This document shows positions 20,992-31,175 of a stretch of 64,000 nt of DNA, one piece after another. The notes below the pieces were generated by a model. It was not told the DNA's origin, made no database searches, and saw only the letters and a program-made list of their open reading frames with translations. A program made the translations under genes and the position numbers. This stretch comes from a virus. Taxonomy: Duplodnaviria > Caudoviricetes. The DNA is taken from IMG/VR virus record IMGVR_UViG_3300037067_008333, positions 1 through 64,000 of that record. One strand, given 5' to 3'. Within the stretch, counting starts at the first letter, position 1; every line of letters starts with the position of its first letter.

Positions 20992-21243
20992 ATGTCATTA
21001 CCTACACCAGATGTTACTTTGATGGGTTTAATTGTAACTTTAGTTGAGTTTGTTAAGATTTACTTGCCCGATAATATTGAACCTAAAGCGGTTCCATTTA
21101 TATCGGTTATGGTTGGTGTTATTCTAGGACAATTTGCGAACATGGGTGGTTGGATGGTTGGCCTAGTAAGTGCTTTATCAGCAAGTGGATTGTATAGTGT
21201 TGCTTCTAACATGGTATCTAAGGTTGGATCTAATACAAAATAG
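20992..21243 (+). CDS. Holin-like membrane protein
   Basis: 83 aa with 2-3 hydrophobic helices and a GLVSALSASGLYS motif resembling small phage holins. GGAGG RBS. Confidence 0.7.
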   Translation: MSLPTPDVTLMGLIVTLVEFVKIYLPDNIEPKAVPFISVMVGVILGQFANMGGWMVGLVSALSASGLYSVASNMVSKVGSNTK

Positions 21244-21251
21244 GATGAATA

Positions 21252-21923
21252 ATGCTCCATTCTGGTAAAATTGGAAATTTAGTTTTAGGGAGTATATTTG
21301 GAAATTACGTTCTACGTAGATTTGAATTGTGGAACTCGTGGGATGATATTGCCCTGATTAAAGGTATTTATCGTCGTCCTAATGAAAGTAATATAGTTTT
21401 TAGAAGTAGATTTTTATCAGCTCATGATTATGATAGTACAAAACAAGGCATGATTAATTGGTTATGCGATAGTTTTGATATAGATAAATTTACAGTTGTA
21501 GATAAAACTATATTTTATTCCAAATATACTCCCTTATCTTATGTCTCGTACTTAAAACTAGATTCAGATGAAACTTATCTCCCACCTCAAGTTATTGCTG
21601 ATGATATAACTTATACGTTTCCCCAGGATGAATATAATATTGGTGATGTTCCTATAGAGTTTGATGGTTTTGATAGTACAGGGGAAGATTATAAATATTA
21701 TTGTAGTAACGAACGCACAGATATATATGATACAACTAAACTTAAGAAATTCACACTATGGAAAGATGTAGATCAATCATATTTTCCGATATGGGAATCT
21801 AATTTTGCTCCAGCTACAATAAAATTAATTTATCAAACTGTTATTGATGGTGAATTATTTGCCATTGAAGAATCATGTATAAGATATACGCGAGATGATC
21901 AGGGTAATATAGTGGAAGAATGA
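21252..21923 (+). CDS. Hypothetical protein
   Basis: 223-aa ORF in the operon; no recognised motif. Confidence 0.55.
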   Translation: MLHSGKIGNLVLGSIFGNYVLRRFELWNSWDDIALIKGIYRRPNESNIVFRSRFLSAHDYDSTKQGMINWLCDSFDIDKFTVVDKTIFYSKYTPLSYVSYLKLDSDETYLPPQVIADDITYTFPQDEYNIGDVPIEFDGFDSTGEDYKYYCSNERTDIYDTTKLKKFTLWKDVDQSYFPIWESNFAPATIKLIYQTVIDGELFAIEESCIRYTRDDQGNIVEE

Positions 21924-21924
21924 T

Positions 21925-22194
21925 ATGAGTAATATAATAAAAGTCACTAATGATGAACTATTTACCAGTGTTTCTTCAAGTGGTGTTATTGATATCATTC
22001 AAATGGATGAAGAAAATTTGAAGGCCATAGGTTGGTTAGATGAAAATTGTTGGCCCCAGGGTGATTTTCTCCAAGTTATTAGTGATTTAGATGATATTTT
22101 TCCTACTGATTTTGAGCATGGTGCTAAATTTTGGGATCAAATAAGTAAAGGATATAGTGTATACAATAATTTTCTAGAAGATGGTAATGAATAA
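21925..22194 (+). CDS. Small acidic hypothetical protein
   Basis: 89-aa ORF starting 1 nt after the previous stop. Confidence 0.55.
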   Translation: MSNIIKVTNDELFTSVSSSGVIDIIQMDEENLKAIGWLDENCWPQGDFLQVISDLDDIFPTDFEHGAKFWDQISKGYSVYNNFLEDGNE

Positions 22195-22208
22195 CTTGGA
22201 GGAAGCGA

Positions 22209-22547
22209 ATGTCAGATAAAATACCAGTGATACTTGAAAAGGTTATCAATATAGAAGATAAAATTGAATGTGTTAATATGAGGCTGGAAAAATTAGAATC
22301 ATTAAGAGATAGAGTGGTTGTACTTGAAACAATGTCAATTTCTCATGATTGTGATATTAAAGCATGTAAAAGTGGTTTGGAAACTATGAGTAAAATGGTC
22401 GGGAGTCTTGGGTGGAAAGGTATGGTTATTCTTTTTGGAGTTGTTACTCAGCTGGCTCTTTTTATATTTAATGTATACACGGTGCGTCAAGCACAACAGA
22501 GTGATTACCTGAAACCACATATTCAAAATACTACAACTGTGAAATAA
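22209..22547 (+). CDS. Coiled-coil plus single-TM protein (XhlA/holin-accessory-like)
   Basis: Heptad N-terminus followed by the hydrophobic segment GMVILFGVVTQLALFIFNVY. GGAGG RBS. Confidence 0.55.
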   Translation: MSDKIPVILEKVINIEDKIECVNMRLEKLESLRDRVVVLETMSISHDCDIKACKSGLETMSKMVGSLGWKGMVILFGVVTQLALFIFNVYTVRQAQQSDYLKPHIQNTTTVK

Positions 22548-22548
22548 A

Positions 22549-22821
22549 ATGAAATTATATGTTATATTTTCTGATGAACCCAATGTTAAGGTACCGTTAA
22601 ACATGAAAGTATTAGGTGAAGCGTGGGAGCAAAACAGAGATTTTTATATATTATTTTCAAAACGGAATAAAGAATATAATTCTATAGAAACCATTATAGA
22701 AGAATGTGCTCATCTATTCATTCGTGTATTATCTGGTATTGTTAAGGTCGAATGTTCTGTGCGTAAAGAACATCTGATTATTAAAGATGTAATTGAGGTG
22801 TTCAAGAAACATGGATTTTAA
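22549..22821 (+). CDS. Hypothetical protein (90 aa)
   Basis: Starts 1 nt after the upstream stop and overlaps the downstream start. Confidence 0.5.
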   Translation: MKLYVIFSDEPNVKVPLNMKVLGEAWEQNRDFYILFSKRNKEYNSIETIIEECAHLFIRVLSGIVKVECSVRKEHLIIKDVIEVFKKHGF

Positions 22822-23458
22822 AAATACCAATATTCTGAGTAATATAGTAATAGTTATACTTACTATACTTGTGATTTTTACATTTATTCATAAACTTAAA
22901 GATCAATCTAAAAATGACATTCTTTATAAATCCGGAACACTTGCAGAAGAACTTGCCATGAATGTTGAAGTTCTTCAGAATAGAGTTAATATAACATATA
23001 GGTCTACTGGTAGTTCTCAAGTCATTACACAAAGGGTATATGTACCATCTGAAGGTAAAGTGACAGTTACTCAACTTAAACCTGGAGTGGAAGTTAGTGT
23101 ACTTACTAAAAAGAGATCTTTAACTCATACACAATTTGAAGTTCCTGGAACAAGTGGAACTATAGTTGATATTCAGGATGCTGGTTTTACTTTTAAACCT
23201 GGTATGGGTATTATATATGATTTTACTGATACTAAGCTTCTGGGTAGTTTTGATATAAAATTTCTTTATTATAAACGTGTGAGTTTATTAACTTTTACTA
23301 CATTGGAAGATGGTGGTTTAGAAGCAAGTTATCATATTGATCAGTTTTTTCCTGAAAAGATGTCACCATATAATATTGAATTTACGACGTCTTATGGTAT
23401 AGATTATAAGGATTTGTCGAGGAAGAGATTTGGGGTTGGATTAAGGGTGAATTTCTAA
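22811..23458 (+). CDS. N-terminally anchored membrane protein with beta-strand-rich C-terminus ending in Phe (spanin or outer-membrane-protein-like)
   Basis: ATG at 22811, TM segment NIVIVILTILVIFTFI, and C-terminus RFGVGLRVNF resembling a beta-signal. Confidence 0.45.
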   Translation: MDFKNTNILSNIVIVILTILVIFTFIHKLKDQSKNDILYKSGTLAEELAMNVEVLQNRVNITYRSTGSSQVITQRVYVPSEGKVTVTQLKPGVEVSVLTKKRSLTHTQFEVPGTSGTIVDIQDAGFTFKPGMGIIYDFTDTKLLGSFDIKFLYYKRVSLLTFTTLEDGGLEASYHIDQFFPEKMSPYNIEFTTSYGIDYKDLSRKRFGVGLRVNF

Positions 23459-25869
23459 TGAGTGATTTTCTTAATGGTATAGGTTTTGGTGATGATCTTA
23501 AACCTATAGAACTTAGTGATGGGTACGCCAAAATTAAATCTGGATATGCATATATTAATAATGTTGAGTATTATATTCTATCCAGCGGTACGATTGTACC
23601 TATCACGTCAGATACAATAGAAGATTTACCTTATATGTTAGGATCACCTTATTTTGTAGTTGATAGTGCGACATATTTGAAAACTGGTAATGGTTTTAAG
23701 TACATAGATACATCGTATGCTTTACAGATAGAGTCTCCAAATTTTGCATATTGGGATATGATAGATGATGAATGGATATTTAAGCAGAGCGGATTCACTG
23801 GAAAATATTTAATCTATGATGGTTCTGATAGTTTTGAAATTAATAAATCTTTGGTTGAATCTCCTTATCTTGTATTAAGTGATGATGAAACTGAACCATA
23901 TGAAATAGTGGTTTCTCCGGTTATTTCATCTACTACAACTGAAGGATCACCTTTGAAATTTTTGTCCAAAGTATATGATAACAATGGAGCATTGTTGGAA
24001 AATATAATGGTCGATTGGTATAAGGTTTATGAGGTTGCACCTAGTGGAGTATTAACTGAAACACTTATTGTTAGTTCTACTACGGATGTTAATGGTGTGG
24101 CTTCAGTTGAATTATATGTAACTTCGGGAGAAGAAGATGTTTGCGTGTGTGCTAAATATGGAGATGTTGTATCTAATTTGTGTTGGATACAAGTAAATGT
24201 TGCAGTTAATTCTCAATCGAATATTTTTCAATTTGATAATAGTGATGTTTTTTTGATACCTCAAGATGTATATACTGCTATTGGATATGATGCATGGGGT
24301 AATTTTTGGGCGTCTGGTACATTAACTGAAGGATATGATGGTATTATTACAGGGCAACCTGAAAGATATCCTTATAATGTAACACGCGGTGATTGGAAGG
24401 AATATAATGCTAATTTTAGGCGTCCTCCTCTTACTATAGTTAATTATGATGGTATTGCACCATTGTTACCGCAGGAGTCTGATGATGTAGATGAGGTTTT
24501 GGGTATATGGAATATAGAAGATTTTGCTCTAGCTAATGATATTGGATATGGTGATATAGATAATTTTATAAATTCGCAATATGTGGCTGTACAAGGTTAT
24601 TGGGGCCAAGTTATAATTGATGGATATGATATTCGCAATGTTAGTGATTTTAATGATCATTGTTTAAATAAGTTTGATATTAGTGCTATTGGTAGTATTT
24701 GGGAAGAAAAAAATGTTAGTGGATATTGGTATGATGTAGCTATATCTGCGAGTGGTAGTATAATGACTGCAGTTAAATATAGTGATGGAATACATGTATC
24801 TAATGATGGAGGAGATACATGGACTGAAACTCTAGGTAGTAATTGGGGGTATACTTCAGTTGATATTTCTGCTAGTGGTACTATACAAGCGGTTGTAGTT
24901 GATAATAATTGGAAAGTATTTATATCTACAGATAGTGGTAGTTCATGGTCTCAAAAAGGATCGAATGGATACTACTCTGATGTAGCTGTATCAGCTGATG
25001 GTAGTATCATTACAATTGTTACGGGTCGTCCGCAAAGTACTCAAATTACGGGATACATATATGTATCAACTGATACGGGAGATACATGGACACAAAAAGG
25101 AAGTGTTAAATGTTGGACAGGTATAGCAATGTCAGCAGATGGCACAAAACAAACAGCGGTTGTATATGGTGGTCAGATATATGTATCAACTGATACGGGA
25201 AATACATGGGTTGCCAAGGATAGTAATCGAAATTGGTATAGCGTAGCAATGTCAGCGGATGGTAGTATACAAACAGCAGTTGCACTTGGTCATGGGATAT
25301 ATGTATCTACAGATGGTGGTAATACATGGTCGCAAAAAGAGGGTAATAGAGGTTGGGTGAGAGTTGATATGTCAGCGGATGGTAGTATACAAACAGCAGT
25401 TGAATATAACGGGCAAATATATGTATCAACTGATACGGGAGATACATGGTTACCAAAGGAAAGTGTCAGAGGTTGGAAGGGTGTAGCTGTATCAGCTGAT
25501 GGTAGTATAATGGCTGCTGCACCATGGGACGATCAAATATATGTATCTAGTCATAACGATTTAATGTATACTATATACCATTTAGATTCAAGTGGTACCA
25601 TTAATATATGGGGAAATGATTCTAATCAATTTGGTATAAAGGGATCGTGGAATGATATATACAATGAAGAGACTACTAAATATGATTCATTGTATTATGT
25701 TTTATATTGTCCTGGATACCAAGGTTCTGATCCAGAGTATTTTAAAACACATGATTTTTATTTTCGCGGATTAGCTTTAATGAATACCGATTCCGAAGAT
25801 GTAGATTATCTGAAACAGGATTACACTATTTACGATTTGATAACAGATACTCCATTGCAGGGATATTAG
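23458..25869 (+). CDS. Tail/baseplate appendage protein with Ig-like domain and 7-bladed beta-propeller (BNR/Asp-box repeats); candidate receptor-binding protein
   Basis: Seven ~40-aa repeats of the type W..VAMSADGS.QTAV....IYVSTD.G.TW. An Ig-like segment KVYDNNG.LL....V.W...TTDVNGVASV. Confidence 0.7.
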   Translation: MSDFLNGIGFGDDLKPIELSDGYAKIKSGYAYINNVEYYILSSGTIVPITSDTIEDLPYMLGSPYFVVDSATYLKTGNGFKYIDTSYALQIESPNFAYWDMIDDEWIFKQSGFTGKYLIYDGSDSFEINKSLVESPYLVLSDDETEPYEIVVSPVISSTTTEGSPLKFLSKVYDNNGALLENIMVDWYKVYEVAPSGVLTETLIVSSTTDVNGVASVELYVTSGEEDVCVCAKYGDVVSNLCWIQVNVAVNSQSNIFQFDNSDVFLIPQDVYTAIGYDAWGNFWASGTLTEGYDGIITGQPERYPYNVTRGDWKEYNANFRRPPLTIVNYDGIAPLLPQESDDVDEVLGIWNIEDFALANDIGYGDIDNFINSQYVAVQGYWGQVIIDGYDIRNVSDFNDHCLNKFDISAIGSIWEEKNVSGYWYDVAISASGSIMTAVKYSDGIHVSNDGGDTWTETLGSNWGYTSVDISASGTIQAVVVDNNWKVFISTDSGSSWSQKGSNGYYSDVAVSADGSIITIVTGRPQSTQITGYIYVSTDTGDTWTQKGSVKCWTGIAMSADGTKQTAVVYGGQIYVSTDTGNTWVAKDSNRNWYSVAMSADGSIQTAVALGHGIYVSTDGGNTWSQKEGNRGWVRVDMSADGSIQTAVEYNGQIYVSTDTGDTWLPKESVRGWKGVAVSADGSIMAAAPWDDQIYVSSHNDLMYTIYHLDSSGTINIWGNDSNQFGIKGSWNDIYNEETTKYDSLYYVLYCPGYQGSDPEYFKTHDFYFRGLALMNTDSEDVDYLKQDYTIYDLITDTPLQGY
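24727..25548 (+). repeat. Intragenic tandem repeats, ~120-bp period (propeller blades)
   Basis: ATATATGTATCAACTGATACGGGA is identical at 25057-25080, 25177-25200 and 25417-25440. The repeats are in frame, 40 codons apart. Confidence 0.85.
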
Positions 25870-25878
25870 GAGGTTATA

Positions 25879-26367
25879 ATGTATTCTGGTAGTTTATTGT
25901 ATCCAAGTTTTTATTCTATAAGTGAAGTTCCATCATCTCTTAAATTTAACACAATATGTGATGCTATACGATATTCTAATGATGCTTTGAAATACCATAC
26001 ACATTCTGGTGGAAATGATGGAATGGTTCTTGGGTCCGAAGCATTATCTGATGATTCTATCACAGAAGATAAAATTTTAGATGATAATATCACTGTTGAT
26101 AAGTTGGCACATAATTTAGATGGTGTTTCCATTGGATTTGATTCAGATAAAGTTGATGGATATCATGTAGGTAATGATAGTGGAAAAATACCCATTAATA
26201 ATGGTACTGTCAATACTAATCTCAATGCCGATAAACTTGATGGTAAAGATATAATTGATGTTAAGGTCGATGCAAGAACATATAATAGTGAATTTGTGAT
26301 AGAAGTGAGAACTTCAGATCCATCTACTCCTGCAACTGGTAGAATGTGGATTAGATCTGATTTATAA
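25879..26367 (+). CDS. Short tail-fibre-like protein
   Basis: HTH motif (YHTHSG) and repeated DKVDG/ADKLDG motifs typical of trimeric fibres. AGGAGG RBS. Confidence 0.6.
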   Translation: MYSGSLLYPSFYSISEVPSSLKFNTICDAIRYSNDALKYHTHSGGNDGMVLGSEALSDDSITEDKILDDNITVDKLAHNLDGVSIGFDSDKVDGYHVGNDSGKIPINNGTVNTNLNADKLDGKDIIDVKVDARTYNSEFVIEVRTSDPSTPATGRMWIRSDL

Positions 26368-26378
26368 AGGGAATTTAA

Positions 26379-27278
26379 ATGGTTACGAGATCTATTTTTT
26401 ATCCAGATTTAGTGTCATCTATGACAACCACTCCTCCTTCAGATAGCTATAGTTATCAAGAAATTGATGGATATCATGAATATTGTAGTGGTGTTGCTTT
26501 TACACTTTCTATGTTTGTTCGTGTATATTTAGTTCAAACTTATCCATATGAATCAGCTTTATTATTATATACATACAACTATTTAAGTGACATAGATTAT
26601 CCATTTCCGGGAAATCCAATATATGGTGGATCTGGAGAATCATCAATTAATATACCAGTTATTACAATTCCATCTTTTGTTAGTGGAGCGTTTATACAAG
26701 ATCCAATGAAAGTTAGGATGAATAATAAATTAAGAATGTCAGTTACTTTAAATATTACAAATCATGGTTTATATACAGATACTACTAATTATATTGGTGT
26801 AATAACTCCCCAGTATAGTCAATCTAATAATGGACCCATATTGGGGGCCGTTAAAATATCTTCTTATTCTACTAATGCGTGGTATATAAAAGTCAATCCA
26901 CACATACAATGGAGTGGTACATTTTATCCCGAATATGGATGGCACCGTATTAATGTTAAATATGGGTTATTTTGTGGATCATCTAATATGTATCTTTCAA
27001 CAACATATGTACCAGGAGTAGATATAGGTCTTAGAGTTAAAAAAAATTCTGGAATTGCTAAAGTTGCTTGCTTATCTCCAGGTTCAGATTATGATGTTTA
27101 TGAGACATCTCAAAGTATGTGCGATCAGATAATACGTATATCTAAGAATAATACGATTTACGATGTATGTGCTTATGGTAATAGTAGTAGTGATTTTGGA
27201 ACTTCCGGATATATTGAGAAAATGCCACGTATAAGAGCTACTGGGAAGTTACTTTATATGCAAGAGTATGATATATAA
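26379..27278 (+). CDS. Hypothetical virion protein (possible fibre tip or adhesin)
   Basis: 299 aa, Tyr/Ser-rich and beta-rich, following the fibre-like gene. Confidence 0.5.
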   Translation: MVTRSIFYPDLVSSMTTTPPSDSYSYQEIDGYHEYCSGVAFTLSMFVRVYLVQTYPYESALLLYTYNYLSDIDYPFPGNPIYGGSGESSINIPVITIPSFVSGAFIQDPMKVRMNNKLRMSVTLNITNHGLYTDTTNYIGVITPQYSQSNNGPILGAVKISSYSTNAWYIKVNPHIQWSGTFYPEYGWHRINVKYGLFCGSSNMYLSTTYVPGVDIGLRVKKNSGIAKVACLSPGSDYDVYETSQSMCDQIIRISKNNTIYDVCAYGNSSSDFGTSGYIEKMPRIRATGKLLYMQEYDI

Positions 27279-29623
27279 TGGAAATAAAATATCAACAAAA
27301 AATTAATAATTCAATATGTATATCAAAAAATCGTATTAATATATATCCTATGGTTATGGATTATAGTAATATATATAAACATAATCAATATGATGTTATA
27401 GGGTTAATTGATGCTGAAATTCAAGTTGATGGTGATATTAAATATATATCTGATCCAGCTATTACTAATAGTAATATAAGTATAACCACTAAAGTTGATT
27501 CTTGGGGTAATCCTTTATTTTACCAATATCAACTTAAATATGATTGTAAATATCCGGATAATATACAAGTATATGATAAAGATGGTAAGTTAATTCCATT
27601 CGTATTAGAATATGGTAGCGTTGAATCAGAACATATTTTATTGAGTCATAATACCGAAAAATTATATGACCCTTTGGATAATTATACAATGTATGGTCAA
27701 ATTGTAACTACTCCTGTTTATAATTCAATTTCGGTTTATGGTGAGCTTCCATTTACTATATATGGTGGGTGTTTTTCTTCTGGTGAGATATACTATTCTA
27801 ATGATACGATATCATCGTTAGATGCCAATGTATTTTCTATATACTTTCTTTATAAGGAAGTTGATGATGATTACAATGAGCAATTTATATTCAATGAACG
27901 CGGTACTATAAATATTGTTAATAGTGGTGGTAGTAAAAGTCTCAATTTTAATATAGATGGTAATATTGATAGCTGTAGTATTACATACGGTAGGTGGTAT
28001 CGTCTCGATTATTATTATAATAATATTACTGATACTTCTTCAGCTATTATATATGATTTAACTTCACCTTCATCTCCTGTAGATACATTATCATTCTCAG
28101 CATCGTTATTTAATACTTCTAGTGATCTTCACATGAAAATAACTTATAATGCTTGTTTTGATGTTGGATTTTTCAAAGATTCATTACCAGATTCCGATAT
28201 GCCTTTATATGTGCATAGGTATAGTAAATCTATAACATGGAATGAAAGTGTTCCAGATAGTGATAGTTATAGAATAAGACTATTATTTCAAAGTAATATG
28301 CCGGCTATAATTCATTATGATGGTATTGATAGTGATGGTAATCTTTTACAAAATCGTAGAGAAGAAATAAATTACCAGTTAGTTTATAAGAAGTATTATA
28401 ATGCGACAGTTAATGATTGGACTTGGTCCGAAAATAAAGTTCTTTGCACTAGTACTTTGTATGATGAAATAAGTGAAGGAGATGTGGTATATGTTTATCC
28501 AGATATATCTAATCAAGTGAGAGTTTTTTATGATAGTGTGGATAAAAAAATACACGTTTCTAATGGAGAGTTTTTATCTGACGATTATGATGGTTTAAAT
28601 AATCTTTACTATTATAATATTCCCGAATATGAAAATGTGGCTTTTGCTACAGATGGTCAAAATAAATTTAAACCGTATTATATAAAGGTTGTACGAGAAC
28701 GAGTAAATCTAATTTCACCTTACACTATTCAATTAGGTCAGTTTTTTATATATGAAGGGAGTTATCCTGATTATGTAATACCTAACACATATGAAATATA
28801 TCGTTATTATGATAACAATGGTAATTTACAAAAGTTAGTGACTGACGTAGAATCCAATTATATAACTTCTAGGGGAATTAATATATATAAAAATGGTACA
28901 TTGTTATCAAATTCTGATATTGTAAATTATAATATGTATAATGGTACAATTACGATGCGTAATAAATTCAATGCTGATGATAAAGTTGAAGTGACTTACT
29001 TGAGAAGTGCTCCAGATTTTATATTGACTTATCCTATTATAGATCCTTTAATTTCTGAGGATGATGGTGGTGTGGGATCTAATCTTGCTTTTAGACTTTA
29101 TCTTCGTCCAAACTATCCTAATTATGAAATAGAGAATCCCAATGATACCCAGGTTGACAGGTTGTGTTATAAATTTTTAGTAGATGGCGAACCAACTGGT
29201 GATTACCGTAGTTGTTTTAGTAATCTAACATTTAATCCTACTATAATAACTAAACACGAGGATTATATTATTCCAATCGCAGATGTTTCTATTATTATGG
29301 ATAGATCATTTGAGGATATACGTGAACGTGGCGGTGGAATTTTGGAAACTAAGGTTGATTCTTATTCAAAGAGTCCCGCATTTCTGGATGTTGGATATGG
29401 TGTAAATGGTAAAATGTTACCACAATCTATAGTATTCATAAAGATTCCAAATAGTATTCTTACATATTTAACCGAGACATATTATAACAATGATGAAGAT
29501 AGTGCTATTATTTATATAAAGGAATCCATAGAAAGATATATAAGTTCTGGTGTATTTTATATACTTATAGATGAAGATAATAATTTGTGGAAAAAGCCGT
29601 ATCCTCTTGGGATAAAAATATAA
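27278..29623 (+). CDS. Large hypothetical structural protein
   Basis: 781 aa with an NGTITM...DKVEVTY beta-sandwich segment and a C-terminal DIRERGGGI motif. TAATG overlap with the previous gene. Confidence 0.55.
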   Translation: MEIKYQQKINNSICISKNRINIYPMVMDYSNIYKHNQYDVIGLIDAEIQVDGDIKYISDPAITNSNISITTKVDSWGNPLFYQYQLKYDCKYPDNIQVYDKDGKLIPFVLEYGSVESEHILLSHNTEKLYDPLDNYTMYGQIVTTPVYNSISVYGELPFTIYGGCFSSGEIYYSNDTISSLDANVFSIYFLYKEVDDDYNEQFIFNERGTINIVNSGGSKSLNFNIDGNIDSCSITYGRWYRLDYYYNNITDTSSAIIYDLTSPSSPVDTLSFSASLFNTSSDLHMKITYNACFDVGFFKDSLPDSDMPLYVHRYSKSITWNESVPDSDSYRIRLLFQSNMPAIIHYDGIDSDGNLLQNRREEINYQLVYKKYYNATVNDWTWSENKVLCTSTLYDEISEGDVVYVYPDISNQVRVFYDSVDKKIHVSNGEFLSDDYDGLNNLYYYNIPEYENVAFATDGQNKFKPYYIKVVRERVNLISPYTIQLGQFFIYEGSYPDYVIPNTYEIYRYYDNNGNLQKLVTDVESNYITSRGINIYKNGTLLSNSDIVNYNMYNGTITMRNKFNADDKVEVTYLRSAPDFILTYPIIDPLISEDDGGVGSNLAFRLYLRPNYPNYEIENPNDTQVDRLCYKFLVDGEPTGDYRSCFSNLTFNPTIITKHEDYIIPIADVSIIMDRSFEDIRERGGGILETKVDSYSKSPAFLDVGYGVNGKMLPQSIVFIKIPNSILTYLTETYYNNDEDSAIIYIKESIERYISSGVFYILIDEDNNLWKKPYPLGIKI

Positions 29624-29624
29624 T

Positions 29625-31175
29625 ATGAAAATATTAAATCAGATAACTTCGGTATTCAATACTAAACAGAAAAAACTTTTAGAAGAGTTTCTGTTTAAAA
29701 AGGTTGGATCGGGCCTTATCCAATGGAAAGAAGTTTTTCTTCAACAATTTAAAAAGAGACTTCCTAATTTAGCTGACGGTTTGAAGTTAAATAAAATTCC
29801 AGGTGAGAGTAAAATAGATATTAATTCTGTAAACGAACAACTTGAGGATATAGAAATAACTTTGACATCCTTGGCTGCTGAAGATGAGGTTATAAACACA
29901 ACACTCCATCGTCATGAAATGTTTCGTAAAGATGATGTTAAGGTATTTTTTAATATATCCCAGAATTATATGGATATGATTAACAATGAAATTAAGGATT
30001 ATAGAACAAATAATGTTACAGTTGAGAATGGCATCATTGAGATGCTCCCTACTACAATAATGGATTTTAGTATAAAAACAGTGGATGTGACTTATTTTCC
30101 GGATAATTTAATAGATCGATCTGGTAATGATCCTACTCCAGATAATATAATCCCAGGGACTGATGCGGATTATTGGCTATCTCAAATAGTAACTCAACAT
30201 AAATCTCAAGTTGGTGCTGTTGTTACTTTCGGATTCAATGGTTATATAAAATTTAATATCTTACAGTTTTCTACAGCGGGAAAATATCCGCTTAGGGTGA
30301 GTAAAGTTGAGATAGAAGAAGGTAATGGTATTTGGGTTGAGAAAACATTCAGTTTAAATTATTCGGGTAAATACATTCAGTTGATTGCCATGGATGGTGA
30401 TATTCCTACTACACATTCAACTGAATATGTAAGGGTAACTTTTGTCCAGGATCGCGCGGATTTTTTGTGGGAACATACGGTTACAAATGAACGTGAAGTT
30501 CTTGAAGATATGGATACCGAGAAGGATAAGTGTATTACATCATTAATATATAAAGATACATTTGATTTAATTGAAGAAAAAATAGTTAAAAATGTATATA
30601 GTTATATATTCGGATTATATTATGCTCGCATTTTGTTAAAAACATACGATGGTGATAATACCGGTAATTTTTATAGTCGTAAATTTACTCTTGATAATGG
30701 ATTTGAATTTGTTAATATAAAGACAACAGAATATAATCCAAGTCCCTTTACAATTGAATATAAATTAATACAACACGATGGTAGTTATGCTAATACTGGA
30801 ATAACTACAGGTAATATATTACCAAATACGAAAGTTAAATTGTTAGATATATTTAAAGACACTCGTGTATTTTCTGGAATGAATGGTAATAGTATATCCT
30901 TACAGCATGCTCCAATAAAAAATAATTTTAGTTGTTATTTGAATGGTAAAAGTGTGAGATTAGTGGATGAGTTCGATGAGACTAATGATTATCAGGTTAT
31001 GATAGTAGGTAAGTTTCTATATTTTAATAAAGCGTTAGTATCTAGTGATACATTGCGTGTATTTTATTCTTATAGAACGGATTATATTATTGTTAAGATT
31101 ACACTAAAAACTAATACGGTATATCAAAGTCCAAATTGTCCTAAAGTTCTGGATTTTAATGTGGAGTTATCATGA
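29625..31175 (+). CDS. Structural protein, paralog family with shared C-terminal motif (1 of 4)
   Basis: 516 aa ending VKITLKT...CPKVLDFNVEL. Confidence 0.55.
   Translation: MKILNQITSVFNTKQKKLLEEFLFKKVGSGLIQWKEVFLQQFKKRLPNLADGLKLNKIPGESKIDINSVNEQLEDIEITLTSLAAEDEVINTTLHRHEMFRKDDVKVFFNISQNYMDMINNEIKDYRTNNVTVENGIIEMLPTTIMDFSIKTVDVTYFPDNLIDRSGNDPTPDNIIPGTDADYWLSQIVTQHKSQVGAVVTFGFNGYIKFNILQFSTAGKYPLRVSKVEIEEGNGIWVEKTFSLNYSGKYIQLIAMDGDIPTTHSTEYVRVTFVQDRADFLWEHTVTNEREVLEDMDTEKDKCITSLIYKDTFDLIEEKIVKNVYSYIFGLYYARILLKTYDGDNTGNFYSRKFTLDNGFEFVNIKTTEYNPSPFTIEYKLIQHDGSYANTGITTGNILPNTKVKLLDIFKDTRVFSGMNGNSISLQHAPIKNNFSCYLNGKSVRLVDEFDETNDYQVMIVGKFLYFNKALVSSDTLRVFYSYRTDYIIVKITLKTNTVYQSPNCPKVLDFNVELS

Noticed and set aside
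22549-22821. TIIEECAH as a HExxH metallopeptidase motif
   Set aside because: The first His is absent and the protein is only 90 aa; there is not enough support.
24727-25548. Regularly spaced repeats as a CRISPR array
   Set aside because: The period is 120 bp, the repeats are in frame inside an 803-aa ORF, and the 'spacers' are homologous to each other. They are protein repeats.
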